A DNA stretch of 64,000 nucleotides, from positions 1-64,000 of the forward strand of contig JAAOMT010000129.1 of the NCBI GenBank assembly GCA_016748015.1. The letters run 5' to 3'. The DNA comes from Geosiphon pyriformis uo1 (taxonomy: Eukaryota; Fungi; Glomeromycota). Of this stretch, positions 38,001-51,570 are shown piece by piece (within the stretch, counting starts at the first letter, position 1; every line of letters begins with the position of its first letter). The notes beneath the pieces were generated by a model that searched no databases, was not told the origin of the DNA, and was given only the letters and a program-made list of their open reading frames with translations. The translations under genes and the position numbers were made by a program.

Positions 38001-41000
38001 GAAAGAACCATCGAGTTGGAAATGGAAAGAAGAAAAGGGAAAAAGGAAAGAGAGGGAGGAAGAAAACACTCAAGTTAACAATACTTATATCTCATACACC
38101 TATGGTCAACAACAATCATTGACCTATTGCCAACCCAAACTGATATGCATTGATTGCAGTAAAAAATTGTCATCAATAGGTGTATGCTGTAACGATGATG
38201 AAGAATATCAGACAACAACCAGGTTCTATTGCTACGCATGCCATTTTAAACATTTTGGAAGACCAAAACAAGTGGGAAAATAAGATAATACACCATGTAT
38301 AGCCTGTGGAAAAACTCTCCTTAATGAAAGAATGTGGAATAACATTCTGGGGAGAGGAGGAACATGTGACATGTTCTGCCAATACACAATCCTCATCAGT
38401 GACTGGGTCGAGAAAGGAACACTCATAGAAGCCACCTGGAGAAGAACTGTACAGCAATTGGACAGTTGTCCATATGACAACAATGAATTATGATAGATGG
38501 CAATTGTCAAAATTGAAGGTACATCACCAGAAGAAATCAGGACAATTAAAAACAACCTACCAGAACCCATCGAGCTTGACTGGAATGCAAAGCCAATCAT
38601 AAATTTTTTGGAACCAGAAGAGTTCCATGAACACTACCAAAACTTGGCACCCACTAGAGAAGAGTAAAAACAATGGTTAGCACAGTTAAATACAAGACTG
38701 TGTTGCCATTGTTTAATTCCCAGTGATTTTGAATATTGTGATGATTGTAACTTCATTTATAATCTACCATCATGCATGATCTACATGATCCTTAAAGAAG
38801 AAGAACCAATCAGCAGCTGTGCATCAGAATCAGAATTGCTGATCAATCACGATCCAGACTCTGACGACAATGACAAAAACACCGGTTCCAGCTCTGTTCA
38901 AAATGGCAATGACAACAAATATAATTCAAACTCAAATTCAAACTCCAATTTAAACTATAAACAATACATTGCACTACCAGATCTCTCCAAGGAACAAGAG
39001 TTGAAATGGTATAGTGACAATGGGGAAAGTATTATGCCAGAACGTGCGCATAATACTGATGCAGGGTTTGATCTGAGATATCCAGGAAAAGAGGTTATCA
39101 AATTGGAATTACATTCACGCACCTGCATTGATTTGAAAGTAACACTAGAAATTTTGGCAACAACAATGGTTCAATTAGCATTTAGGAATAGTTTAGCAAA
39201 AAAAGAGATTAATATAAGAAGAGAAATAATTGACATGGGATATGTAAAAAATATCATCGCTATGCTACAAAATAACTTAGAAAAGGCCTATATAATAGAG
39301 CCCAATGAAAAGATAGCACAGGCAATATTCCTGTCTCTGGTTAGAATAGCTTAGCTAGTATTAATGAAAAAGAGAGAGAAATTAGGAATAACAGCGAAAG
39401 GAATACAGGGATTCGGATCAATGGATAGAATAGATGTACCAGTTAATATGGAGGAGAAAAAAATTGTTGGCCAAGGAGAAATTATCTTAACTGGTCAAGC
39501 TATTTCCATTCCACTATATAGCCAGTACATGCTAGCAATAGAAAGGAAGAAAAAAGAGCAAGAACAGATTTTTGAAGCTAAAGCAAACCTTTGTGAATCC
39601 AGAAAGATTGGGCTGATCAATCTCCACATACCAGCCAAAAGCTATAGCTGCATAAAAATTCCCATCTACAACAACACTGGCCATGTCATCAATGTATCAG
39701 AAGGAACCACTATTGGATATTTAACCACAGAAATAGAAGACCAACCACCAAACCCCATTCCAGACTTTCCACAACTTTGTGAATATGTTGACATTACATC
39801 ACAAACAATCTATGGATAAGATGAATGTTATTTGCTTCAACCAGAACAATTAGAACAAATGAACATGAGAAATCTAGACCCACTACAACATATGCAGCTC
39901 AAGATGTTGCTCAACAATTTCAATGACATCTTTGCCAGTGAAAATAAGTTTGGCTGAACTGACATCATCCAGCATCAGATCAAGACTGGAAATGCAATGC
40001 CAATTAAACAAAGAGCATACTGGGTACCACCAGCTAGTCACGAGATCATCCATTAAGAGATAAACCAAATGCTTAACAACAGGCTAATTCAGCCATCAAT
40101 GAGCCCATGGTCGTCACCAGTGGTACTTGTCCATAAAAAGAATAGAAAAATTTGATTTTGTGTAAACTACAGAAAACTCAATAGTATAACTCATGGAGAC
40201 AGCTATTCAACTCCATGAATACAGGAATTATTCGATGCTTTTGGTGAGAACAAATGGTTCTCAACATTAGACTTGAACAGTGGTTACTGGCAAGTAGCCA
40301 TGAATTCAGCCAACAAAGAGAAGATGGCATTTACTACTAGAGAAGAGAATTTTGAATTTGAAGTAATGTCATTCGGCTTAACCAATGCCCCAGCAACTTT
40401 TCAACAGCTAATGGAAATTGTCTATACTGGCTTATTATAGAAATCAGTAGTTGTATACTTGGATGACACTAACGTATTCTTAAAAACATTTGATGATTAT
40501 CTTCATCATCTTCAACAAGTGTTCGAAAGACTAAGAAGAGCAGAGCTAAAGTTAAATGCAACAAAGTGCTTCTTTGGCAAGACAGAGCTAAAATTCTTGG
40601 GACACATAGTCAGCAAAGATAGCATCAAAACAGATCCAGAGAAAATAGAAATAGTAAAGAACTTTCCAGTGCTGACCAATATGACAGAACTGAAATCATT
40701 CTTGGGATTTGCCAGCTACTATTGACATTTTATCAAGAGCTTTTCCAAGATAGCACAGCCACTCAACCAACTGCAAACCAAGAATACCAAATATGAATGA
40801 GCAGAAAGTCAACAAGAAGCTTTTGACATTTTGAAAAGAAAGCTCATTCAAACTCCAATACTGATTTATCCAGATCACAGCAAACCATTCATCATCACCA
40901 CCAATGCATCTGGCCAAGCATTGGAAGCAGTATTATCTCAGAGAGGACCAGATGGCAGAGAACATCCAGTAGCATATACCAGCAGAGGTTTAACACCAGC

Positions 41001-41259
41001 CGAAAAGAACTATGGGACACCGGAACAAGAACACTTAGCAATATACTGGGCAGTCATGAAATAAAAAGAATACTTGAGCCAGAAGTTTGAAGTATACACA
41101 GATTACAAGGGATTAACATTATTCCAAAAACAAGAATTTGGAGATGGAAGACAGCCAAAATGGAAAATGGCATTCACACCATACAATTATACTATACATT
41201 ACAAAAAAGGAAAAGACAACGGAAATACTGACAGTTTATTGTAAATAAGACAAATCTAA
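35060..41259 (+). pseudogene. pol: Gypsy-C gag-pol polyprotein
   Basis: CHYCGKQGHIQIDC at 36778-36819, LILDSGS near 37474, intact YLDD at 40456-40467, RNase H motifs. Confidence 0.93.
39034..39426 (+). pseudogene. dut: dUTPase domain within Gypsy-C pol
   Basis: RAHNTDAGFDL, RNSLA, IIDMGY, EKIAQAI, KGIQGFGS. Confidence 0.9.
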
Positions 41260-41322
41260 GAACATTTTAACACAAAAATATAACAAAACCAGAACAATAC
41301 CAACAAAAAAATGTAACAAAAA

Positions 41323-42705
41323 ATGAACATACAAAAATATCAACAACTGCAACATTATATAAACACTCAACAGTTCAAGGAGAATTTATTGCAAACAGAA
41401 CAAAAGAGTATCAAACAACAATCAAAATATTTTATCACTCACCAAAATATATTTTATCAAAAAAATAGAAAAAATCCAGATTAACCAACCAAAATAGTTA
41501 CAGAACCAGAAAAAGAGACAATATTATTCAACATGCACTCAAATCCAACAGCAGGACATTTTCACAAAAAAGCAACCATGAAAAAAACCAGAAAAAGATA
41601 CTATTGGTCATCAATGTATCCAGACATCATCTAATATGTTTAAAATTGTGATGTTTGTCAGCAAAGAGGAGATACGAAATCCAGTGAACCGTTAAGACTA
41701 ATCAAAGTAGGACAACCATTTGACTGTGTTGAAATTGATCTAGTCAAACCATTAACAATTACCAGCAGAGGAAACAGGTACATAACAGTAGCCATGGACT
41801 ATCTCACTAAATGGCCAGAGGTGAAAGCAATTCAAAGAGTGGATGCAGAATCCATTGCTGAATTTGTTCATCAGGATTTAATCTGTCAATATGGATGTCC
41901 AAAAGAATTATTATCAGATCAAAGAACTTATTTTGTGAACAAAACATTAACAGAATTAAGCCAAAGATTCGGAATTGAGAGACCACTATTATCACCATAC
42001 CATCCACAAACCAATGGATTAGTCAAAAAATTCAACAGAACATTGTGTAAAGCAATAGCTAAACTCAGCCAAGAAAACCAAAACGATTGGAATTTGTTGA
42101 TACTATCAGTACTATTTGCTTATTGGACAATGAAGCAAGATACTACACAAGCAACATCATTTGAATTAATATATGGTAGAACAGCAACACTACCAGTAGA
42201 AATAGAAATTAGTACATACCCAACCAAACCAATAATAGAAGAGAATTTCAAAAATACATTGTTGAAAAAAACATATGACTTAATGGAAACATTAGAAAAC
42301 AAATGACAAAGAGCAGCTAATAACATACAAAAATCACAAGAGAAACAAAAAGAAAGACATGATAACCAACTATCAGATAAACCAGTTGAATTCAAGATTG
42401 AAGACAAAGTACTACTACATCATACCAAAGCGGAAAAACAATGGAGTGGAAAATTTGACCCCAAATGGGATGGACCATTTCACATAGAAGAAATCCTAGG
42501 AAATGGAGCTTACAAATTAAGATTGAATGACAAAATCTTGACCAAAGCAGTACATGGAGATTGACTGAAACCATACCACCATATAGCATCATCATCCATT
42601 AGTAATATTCCACAATTAGGAGTACAGAGAATACTAGTCCAACCAGATAAGATTCCACGAGATCTGGAACCAATTATTATCATTGACAACAACACATCCA
42701 ATTGA
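41323..42705 (+). pseudogene. Gypsy-C integrase ORF
   Basis: MNIQKYQQL start, HHCC, SPYHPQTNGL, KWDGPF. Confidence 0.92.
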
Positions 42706-42758
42706 TCGACAAAAAAATATATAAGAACATGGTCAATGTGACAGAAGAGAACAAAAAA

Positions 42759-43388
42759 ATAGAGATTACAGACAATATCCATTCACTAGCCCAACAAATT
42801 TTTCAATTAATCCAACACCAGGAGATGGAAATTATCATCAATCAACAAACTATTCGTTACAAAAATATGGTAAAGATACCACAAAACAAAGCACAGAAAA
42901 GACTTGAAAATATAGTCGACAAGATCATGACTAAGATAAAATTGGCCATAAAAGAACAACAAATAGTCAGATTACACCAAGAACTTACCAGAGAAACTTA
43001 GACTTGGTGGATACAACAATTTCCAAAAAACTATTGTTATTTTTACTTGAGACAACACGTGAATATCCAGAACTTATATACAGATAAAACAAAGCAGTTA
43101 TTTTACACAACAATACTATAACAACTAGAACATTTTGTGAGAAAAAACAACTTATCCACATAAGCTTGAGCTATATACCAAATACATACAGCATTTTAGG
43201 ATTGACCAGAAATTCTACTCAACAAAGCAATGAATACAGTTACCAGTAATCAATTGGAAAAAATCACTAATGTTCAATTTGAAAAATTACGGACTCAAAT
43301 AACACAAGTAATTCTCGAAAATGAAATTCAGAAAATACTTCAAGAAGGAGAAGTAAATAAATTGGATTTTAATGAAGCTTAATATTAA
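42759..43388 (+). pseudogene. Gypsy-C extra 3' ORF (ORF3, divergent central segment)
   Basis: [ATG>ATA]EITDNIHSLAQQIFQL..., 630 nt, ending at PPT 43387-43401. Confidence 0.72.
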
Positions 43389-43401
43389 AAGAAGGAAATA
43401 A

Positions 43402-44306
43402 TATTACTCATAAAATATAGGAAATATAGTATTATTAGTCAGTAGATATTAGCCAATCAGAGGTAGACGTAGTAAATGTGGAATTTTAGAATTCCTCTCA
43501 GAGGAATTGCAGGATTCCAGGAATTTCAGAATTCTCTGACAAGAAATTCCAGGATTCCAGAATTCCAGAATTCCTCTCATCAGAAATCGCAGGATTCCAG
43601 GAATTTTAGGATTTTTGTTGCAAAGAATTGAGGAATTGAGGAATCTCAATTATGTATATATAGTAGTAGGATTAAAAGCTGAAAAAACAGACCTCTCAGT
43701 TTAGATTTAATCTAAGCAACATTCCAGTTCCCAATCATCAAATAAATAATTATTCCATATCTCAATCCACTTTCTACTATCAACACTTCATGTTAATAGT
43801 AATTGATACTTAACCACACTGGAACAATAGCTTTTGATCATGGCTATTGACAAGATACTAACGTACCAAATTGCCTTGGCTTATTTTCTCTATTTTCTTT
43901 ATTTTTATTTTCTTTATTTTTATTTTCTTTATTTTATTTTCTTTCTTTTTTGATTTTGTTGTTGTATACTAATTGATTAAAAAATTAAGCACTGAGTTAT
44001 TGACATCAAGGATAGCCTGGTAAAAGACCCAGAAATAAGGGTAGGATTTTATATATTATCAGATAGATTACCAGAAGGACACAACTGCCAGACTAAATTT
44101 GGCCATTATGCTAAGAAAGAAATTGGGAAAACTCTGAAAAAGATACATCTATTATTGACACTATTGAATCTCTGTCTATTATACAAAAGACTCCATTAAA
44201 ACTTTTAGATACAACACTTGTAGAATTTCATCCACGGAAGTAGCTTTTGAGTACCAAGTTATGGATTTGTTATTTAATTCAACAGCAGAAATAATCACCT
44301 GTAACA
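43402..44306 (+). repeat. Gypsy-C 3' LTR
   Basis: Preceded by PPT AAAAGAAGGAAATAA. TATTACTCAT...TGTAACA. Confidence 0.95.
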
Positions 44307-46050
44307 GCGCTGATAGGCTCATGACCAAAGCAAAGAGATTTTCCAACATGTTTTCCAATTTCACAACCTCAGGTGAGGCAGTTAAACCTGAAACAGTGGC
44401 AGTTTTGTCACTAGTGGTATTACTTGAACCCACTTCCATCACTATATCCTCCCCTTGATTCTGCGATAGAGAGGTCACCAGCAGCTAACATCCAGGGCTA
44501 GGCTAGAAAACTGCTGGCACGAATGATTCTAACCTCTTAGCCAACTTACCAATTTGTCCTATAAGGCTGACAAGACTGCTTTCAATGCTAACTAAACATT
44601 TTTTCAAATCATTCACTACTGGAGGGAGAGGTTTATTATTTCCGATAGAACCAAGCTGAAAGTCATATTCAAAAGAAGTGCCTGAAGGAATAGAGCCAAC
44701 CACTGATGTCCAAGTCTTTTCACCAAAAGCCAAAGGATGAGAAACAGGAGCAAACTTCCTTTCATAAATCTTTGCCAATCTAAACCAGTCCTGAACCAAG
44801 AGAGAAGCCCTTTTGTTCTTTGGACTCAAAGACATACCAGCTGATTTACAATTTCTAGATGTATGACCAAGAGAACTACAAGAGGAACACAAGGCAGCAA
44901 ACAGGCATGACTAACAGAGACTAACACCTTTTATTACCAGAGTGTTGGCCAAAGCCCAATTCATATTACTCTTAAACTTAAAACACACTGTGATGCAGCA
45001 CGCCTGAGTATAGTTAACTGAATTGTGTTCGATGACACATGTTTTTCCACCCACTGAACCAATAAAATTTCAAAGATCATGTGCATTGGTTCCCATAGGA
45101 AAAGTGTAAAGCAATGCCTTAAACTTATCTCTGGAATCCCAAGTTTGTTTATCAACATCAGCTCTGGCCACCCAGACTGCATTTTTTCCGATAAGAATAG
45201 ACTACTTGGATGCCAACAAATTAGCTTGATCAAAATCTCCCAAAGTGACAATTGCTTTTTGCCACAGCTCTATCAACTGCATTTTGATCGACACAACAAC
45301 CCCAAATTCGGAAACAACTGCATGCATCACTTCAATCGATGTACCAACAGGAATCTCCTTAATCACAATATTCTGATTTGTACGATTGTTTACCAGACAC
45401 TTAAGATCAGTGTTTACCACAACACCACAATCATTTGCCAACTTCCCAGCAGCTATCATTGCCTTTTCCAAAGTAAAAGTCACACAAATAACTCTACCAA
45501 ATTTTAAAGGAGTAGAAGTCCCCCCAAAACCATTCACACTTGAAAAAATTTTCCTAATAAAACTTAATTTTTCCTGAGAAGACTTTCCAGCGATGGCCAC
45601 AAGATCAATATCTAAAGCAAAGAATTTGCGAACAGGCATTTGAACAGATGATTTAATAGGTAAAGGGGGTAGAAGAAGAAAGGAATTATCTAACACGTCA
45701 TTGTCTGTATTGACAGTGCCATAATCAATTACACCCAGAGGCTTTCTTAACACCTTTTTGGTCTTTACATGCAAACTCTTTGGCATTTGATTAGGATTCT
45801 CTTTCACAAAAGCACCACTTTCACTATAGTCAACACTGGTTTTCTCAACTAAACACTCCTCCTCCATGTCAATACTCTTAGACTCAGTAGTGTCACTTGT
45901 CTCAGAACCCCATGAATGAGCACCAGGAGCTTTAGCAGCAACCTTTCTATTATCAATACTCTCTGCCAATACACCTCCCTTCCTCTTCTTCCTTAACACA
46001 ACTGCCTTGAAACCACCCTCAGAACTAGAAACTTTAATAGTTTTCTTCAT
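44307..46050 (-). pseudogene. LINE-b ORF1 (last ~20 codons lie at 23875-23934)
   Basis: MKKTIKVSS start, RRM-like IVIKEIPVGTS...EFG...WQKAIV, knuckle CSSCSSLGHTSRNC, coiled-coil-like C-terminus. Confidence 0.85.
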
Positions 46051-47563
46051 AACAGCAATAACAGGGCCAACAGTGGCTTCGTAATCAAAGAATGGTTTTG
46101 ATTTATCATACTGAATAGTAAAAAACTTCTTTTAAAAAAACTTTTGACTCTTTTTTGGAAATTTTAGACGAAAAAGAGAAAGAAGTTTTTTATAGTTTTT
46201 ATTAATAAAACATTTACAATAAAAACACTTTAATAAAATTAACAAAAAATTTACTAACTTAAGACCAATAGATAAATTTTTAAAATTAAAAATAGATACT
46301 TATTTTTGTTTATTTAAAAATTATATAATATTTATAATTTTTTTAGATATTTTTTTTAAGTTGTTTTTGAAAATATTTGTTACAATAATTAATTAATAAA
46401 AACAAACTATTTGTTGATATTAAAAATAATTATCTTTATAAAATTTTTTATTTTTTCAAGTCTAATATTTTTATTTTTAAAGTTGATATTATAAAAAATA
46501 ATACTATATAATTATTTATAATAAAAAAACAAATGTTTTAAAATTTTTATAAGTAATACAATTTTTATTATATAATATAATATATTTATTATTTTTTTAA
46601 TATTTAGAATGTTTTAGACTAAATTTTTTTATTTTTAATTGTTAAATATTTATAAATTAAATTGTTTTCTTAAAAATTATATTTATTGTATTATTTTTAT
46701 TATTAATTTAGCAATTTAAGATGTATTAAAAATATTAAAAATTGGTAATATTGCTAAAAAAAATATTGAGTTAAATAATTCAAATATTTTGGATTTAAAT
46801 TTAATTTTTAAGGTAATTATATAATTAAAATTAAATTATTAAATTCAAAATTCTTATAATTTTAGTTTATTAAATTTTACATATTATTTAGTTTTAAAAA
46901 TTAATTATTAAAATTTGTTTTTTACCTTAATATTGTAAAAAATTTAATAAATAATACTAAATTTTTAATCTTAAAGAATTAAAGTTAATTTATAATATTG
47001 TAATTTATTAGAATTTAATCTACTAAAACAAATATATTAATTTTATTAGATTAAATTAATTTTTTATTAAAATAAAAATTATATTTATTATTAATTTTAA
47101 TATTTATAAACTATTAATAATATAGTAAATAAAAAAAATCTAGAAGTTTTTGTTTTAACAAAATTATATAAATAAAATAAAATTTTTTTTTTATGTAAGT
47201 ATTTTACTTAAAAAAAAAATAAAAAATAAAAAAAATAAAAATAAAGATAAAAAAAAACAAAAAGCAAAAAAAAAACAAGAAAAAAAACAAACAATTATGT
47301 TTATAAAATATTATATAATTTTATTATGATTTTAAAAACCATTTTTTTTAATCATATATAATGTTTTTTATATTAAATATTTAACTTTTTTTTATGTAAT
47401 TTCTATTTATAATTATTTTTAAAATTTTATTGAAAATTATATTAATAACAAAAACAAAAACAATAATAAAAACAATAATAATAATAATAATATATTTTTA
47501 ACTAATATTAAAATTACAACATAAAAAGTTTTTAATAAGTTCAAAACTTACTATATATATAAA

Positions 47564-50500
47564 TTTTTTTTTTATTTGCTTAATGAATAAAATCCAAACA
47601 CTACCTAGTACTATACATTAAAGAAATAATCTAAATTAGGCATGAATCATACACTTTCTACATGTGACCAGCCACTTGGACTGATTAAAACAATATTATG
47701 CAGCTATGTGAACTAAAACCTGATTACCTATACCTAAAAAAAACAAACAAGATTTGCAAAAGCCAAAACGAATACCAAAAGCATCAGCAATGTCAAGCAA
47801 TTTGACCACACCAGTAGAAAATCTTAAAGCCAAACCAAAAGCCAAAATGAGAGCCAAACTATTAAGAGGAATTAACTCATTCTTTTCCATATAAGCTCAA
47901 TATTTAGCTTGAACTGATCAAACATCTTTTCTAAAAGTTAGACCAAAAGAGTGTACAAACTCAACAATCTTCAAACCAGTGATCTTGGGATAACAAAAAA
48001 CAAAAACAGTCTCATGAAACTAATCATTAAAAACAAACTCCTTATAAAGAGCCATGAACACAGAGGAATCAGAAACACAGGACAACAGCAGCTGTAATAC
48101 TCTTAAAAAAGAATAAAAAAAACTGGAAACTACCTTCCAAGAATTCACATAAGATTTCAACAATTAACATTGAACAAATTCATTGATTCTATAAGAAAAC
48201 ACATGATTTAACACTTTAACATTACCACAATATAAGCACAATACACTAGAATAAAGTTTATTATAAAAGTGCTTTCATATGACAACTGGCAGCTAATGAT
48301 GCAAAGCTTTTATAAAGTAGGTGCATGCATTAGCCGAGGACTTGCTGGTGAAACTAGCAGTCATGTGCAAGTCAGGATGTCACACCAAAAACAAACAAAG
48401 CCAATCAACCTCAGAAATCAAACTGTCTACCAAAAACTTAGAACCAAAACCAACTTCTCAGCATGTACAACAAACTGAATGATAAATATCACAAACAAAA
48501 TGTATGGAATTTTCAAAAACAATATCATTATTAGTCATTATAAAGTGTTCACACAAGCAAGAAAGAAGATACCAACCAGAGAAAAAAGTGGCACTAGCAA
48601 TTGCATTAGTGTGCTCATTTCCTGAAATGCCAGAGTAACCTTTTATCTTATGCCAGCTAACCTCCAAATCTTTACTGCAAATAACATTGACAATATGATG
48701 ATGTTCAATCCAACACTGATTACAAAAGTTGGGACACACCAGACTTAATTCTAACTTACAAACATCCAAAGCAGATTGACTATTTGAAAACAATTGAACA
48801 AAGCTTAATGGGGAATACACTCCAGAGCCAGCACAATAGCTTGTAACTTCACCAAGGTAGATAACATTAAATCTAATACAACAATGCCTAAACCCAATTC
48901 AATGTCCTCAAAAAAAATGGCAGCACCAGCTCTACAGCCGGCTGTGCCCAAATTACTAAGGGATTCATCTGTATACACTGACAGACTGTTAGTACTAGTC
49001 TGTAAGAGATGATTACAAACAGACACAAAATCACTAGATCCAAGAATGTTCAAAGGACTAACATCACCCAAAACTGAGGGATGGCAGAAGAAGAATCCAC
49101 ACCATTGAAAAACACAACAGAAAGCTTGAACCATTTAGGAACAGAGCTGTAGAGATTTAATCTCTTCCAACACTTGAAAGTATACCAATCAAAAACAGCA
49201 CCATGATGATCATGAAGTTGATCCACAAAGGCAATACCATGCCACCAGAGAGGAGAGAGAAACCTAAAAAACTTTGACTCATCCAGAACAGCAGACATTG
49301 AAATTCCACTGCAAAACCAAAAGAGATTGGTCAAAGAGCCACCCAGAAACAAATTGCAATCAAGAAACACACTAACCATGTCTGCCAAAAAGTTATCAGA
49401 AGTACTGACACAAATATAAACAGAAGAACTCAATAGATGAACAGAGTGCCAACACAAAACTTGCAAATCATGGAATCTATGAGAAAACAAATGACCTAAG
49501 ACATTACCAGAGTTTGCAAAACTAACAAGAGAAGCAATCTTACTCTCAAACTGAACTTGAAAAAAAAACTTCAAACCATAAAAGAAAAGATGATGAATTG
49601 TATTACTAAGAAAATTGTGTAGTAGACCAGATTTAAGCTTTAAGTCCTTATGAATCAAAGCATCCCACTTGTTGCACACACCAACAGAAATAAAGCTGAA
49701 CTGCATTCTATAGTTAACTATAGGATAAAGAACCACCAATACCAAATACAAGAGCTGCTTATCTAAAACAGCTTTTCTCAGAACCAGATTGGTAAAAAAA
49801 TGAATGTTTGAATTTGCCTTAGCCAAACTAGGTCTCGAAAGACTTTCTGTTGAAAAAAAAATACCCAAATACTAATGAAATTCACTCTTTTTGATAATAG
49901 AAATAGGTGAGCCACTGATAGAAAGAGAAGGATTACTGACTCTGCTATTGATGAAAATGACTACCATCTTGTCATTATTGATAGAAATGTCATTTATCCA
50001 AAAAAATTCACTAGTAATATTGAGAATATATTAAGTAGCAATCTGATTGCTACCAACCCAAATTGTATTGTTAATGAAAGCACTAGCTACAAAAAAAGAA
50101 AAAAGTTCAGCCCAAGGTTTAGCACAACCACTCTTGGAAATAAAATGAAAATTCAACTTATATCTATACACACTCTTTTGACACTTGATTTTACACAAAA
50201 GAGGATCATAAAATATGCACCACAAAAGAGGAGAAAATACCTCCCTCTGGTCCAGACTATTGTGTATATAATAACCATCCATCAAACCAAAATCTGTTAT
50301 AACTCAGTTGATGCAATCCCTATGAATACTACCAAAAAATTGAATGAACTTGTTACATATTTTAATCTTAACCAAACTCTTTTTAAGATGCTCTCAGCCA
50401 ACCAAATCATATGCCTTTCGCATGTTTTGCAAAACAAGCCAAAGCTCCCAGTCTTTTTTCAAAGCATCCTCAATAACCAAACCAATTGCAAAAATAGGAG

Positions 50501-51290
50501 ACTGGATTGTCATACCTTTTAAAACCAAAAAATTGTCCCCATAAAGAACATCAAAATTACTATATGTTAAAGAAATCCTGTTAAAGAGAATCTTGGAAAA
50601 AATCTTATAAGACATTTCAATTAAAGCTATAGAACAAGTATTTGTCAAAACACCCTTCTACTTATAGGATTTGGGAATTATCAAGACTCAAGCCTCCTTT
50701 TAAGAACTGAATACCAACTTACCAGACAAACAAAAGTTTATAAGCACCAAAAACATATCCAATACTGCCTTATTACAATGCTTTTAAAGCTCATTCAATA
50801 CACCTGAGAGACCAGCAGCTTTGTTATCAGACAGATTAGAAACCACCTTAAACAATTCTTCAAATTCAATTGAGCACATGACACCAGAAAAAGTCTCATC
50901 AAAAATATATTTCAAAGATTAATATTGACAATGCCAGTTACCAAAAATATCATCAAACACTCTATACCTTCTAGTCCAATCCTCTATAATCCCATCTACC
51001 TTAGACTTAACCAAATTAGATTCTAGAATCAGTTTATCATCAACTATCAGATGGTTAAGTACCACTTTGCGAAATAGATGCTTTAGCACATTCCTAATTG
51101 TATGATCTTTATTAATCTCAAAGCTTTCTATCCTCCTATTAATAGCAGATCTGATGTTCATCTTCCTAGTTCTCAAAGATTCAGCAAGCCTGGCTGCACA
51201 GTAAGACCTCCTAGCACCAAAAAAAACAGAATAGATATGATTAGAGCCAGCATCAGAATTCACTACATATATAATTTTAACAAATAAGTA
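47564..51290 (-). mobile_element. LINE-c: 5'-truncated LINE (RT, RNase H, C-terminus, 3' tail)
   Basis: Poly(T) at 47564-47573 and shared tail. MRKAYDLVG, AFINNTIW (from FVDD), VYTDESL, GISGNE. Homology stops near 51290. Confidence 0.9.
47696..51263 (-). pseudogene. LINE-c ORF2 remnant
   Basis: ORF-track fragments collinear with LINE-b ORF2. Confidence 0.88.
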
Positions 51291-51570
51291 GATTATATAA
51301 TTAATTTATTTTTTTTAGAATATTAAAGCAAAAATATTTAATTTCAGTTTTTGATTCATAAATTAAGCTTAATTATTATAAAAATTATAAAAAAAAAAAG
51401 TATATTACTCATACAAAAAATTTGGTAATTAAAATTTATAAAAATTAATATGTGTTTTTAGAGAATAATTTTATTTCTTCATATATAAAAACTTTTAATA
51501 ATGTTTAAAATCATATTTTTAATATTAATAAAAAATAGTACTTTATCTAAAATTTTGTTTCCTTAATTTT

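Larger units (their letters stand above)
23935..44306 (+). mobile_element. Gypsy-C: full-length element whose 5' LTR is interrupted by Gypsy-B
   Basis: Split 5' LTR (23935-24629 plus 34803-34997) matches 3' LTR 43402-44306 in subfamily-specific segments. Flanks GCAC and GCGC. Confidence 0.94.
8949..46100 (-). mobile_element. LINE-b: full-length LINE split into three pieces (8949-13185, 23286-23934, 44307-~46100) by Gypsy insertions
   Basis: Poly(T) at 8949-8958 plus the shared tail. Reading frames rejoin across both insertions (KTI[D/N]Y|VFVSPN and VMSLSA|LDGLALAGG). The 5' boundary is approximate. Confidence 0.9.

Noticed and set aside
46200-47560. Possible ancient element remnant or regulatory region in very AT-rich DNA
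   Set aside because: Too eroded to align by eye; no supportable call.
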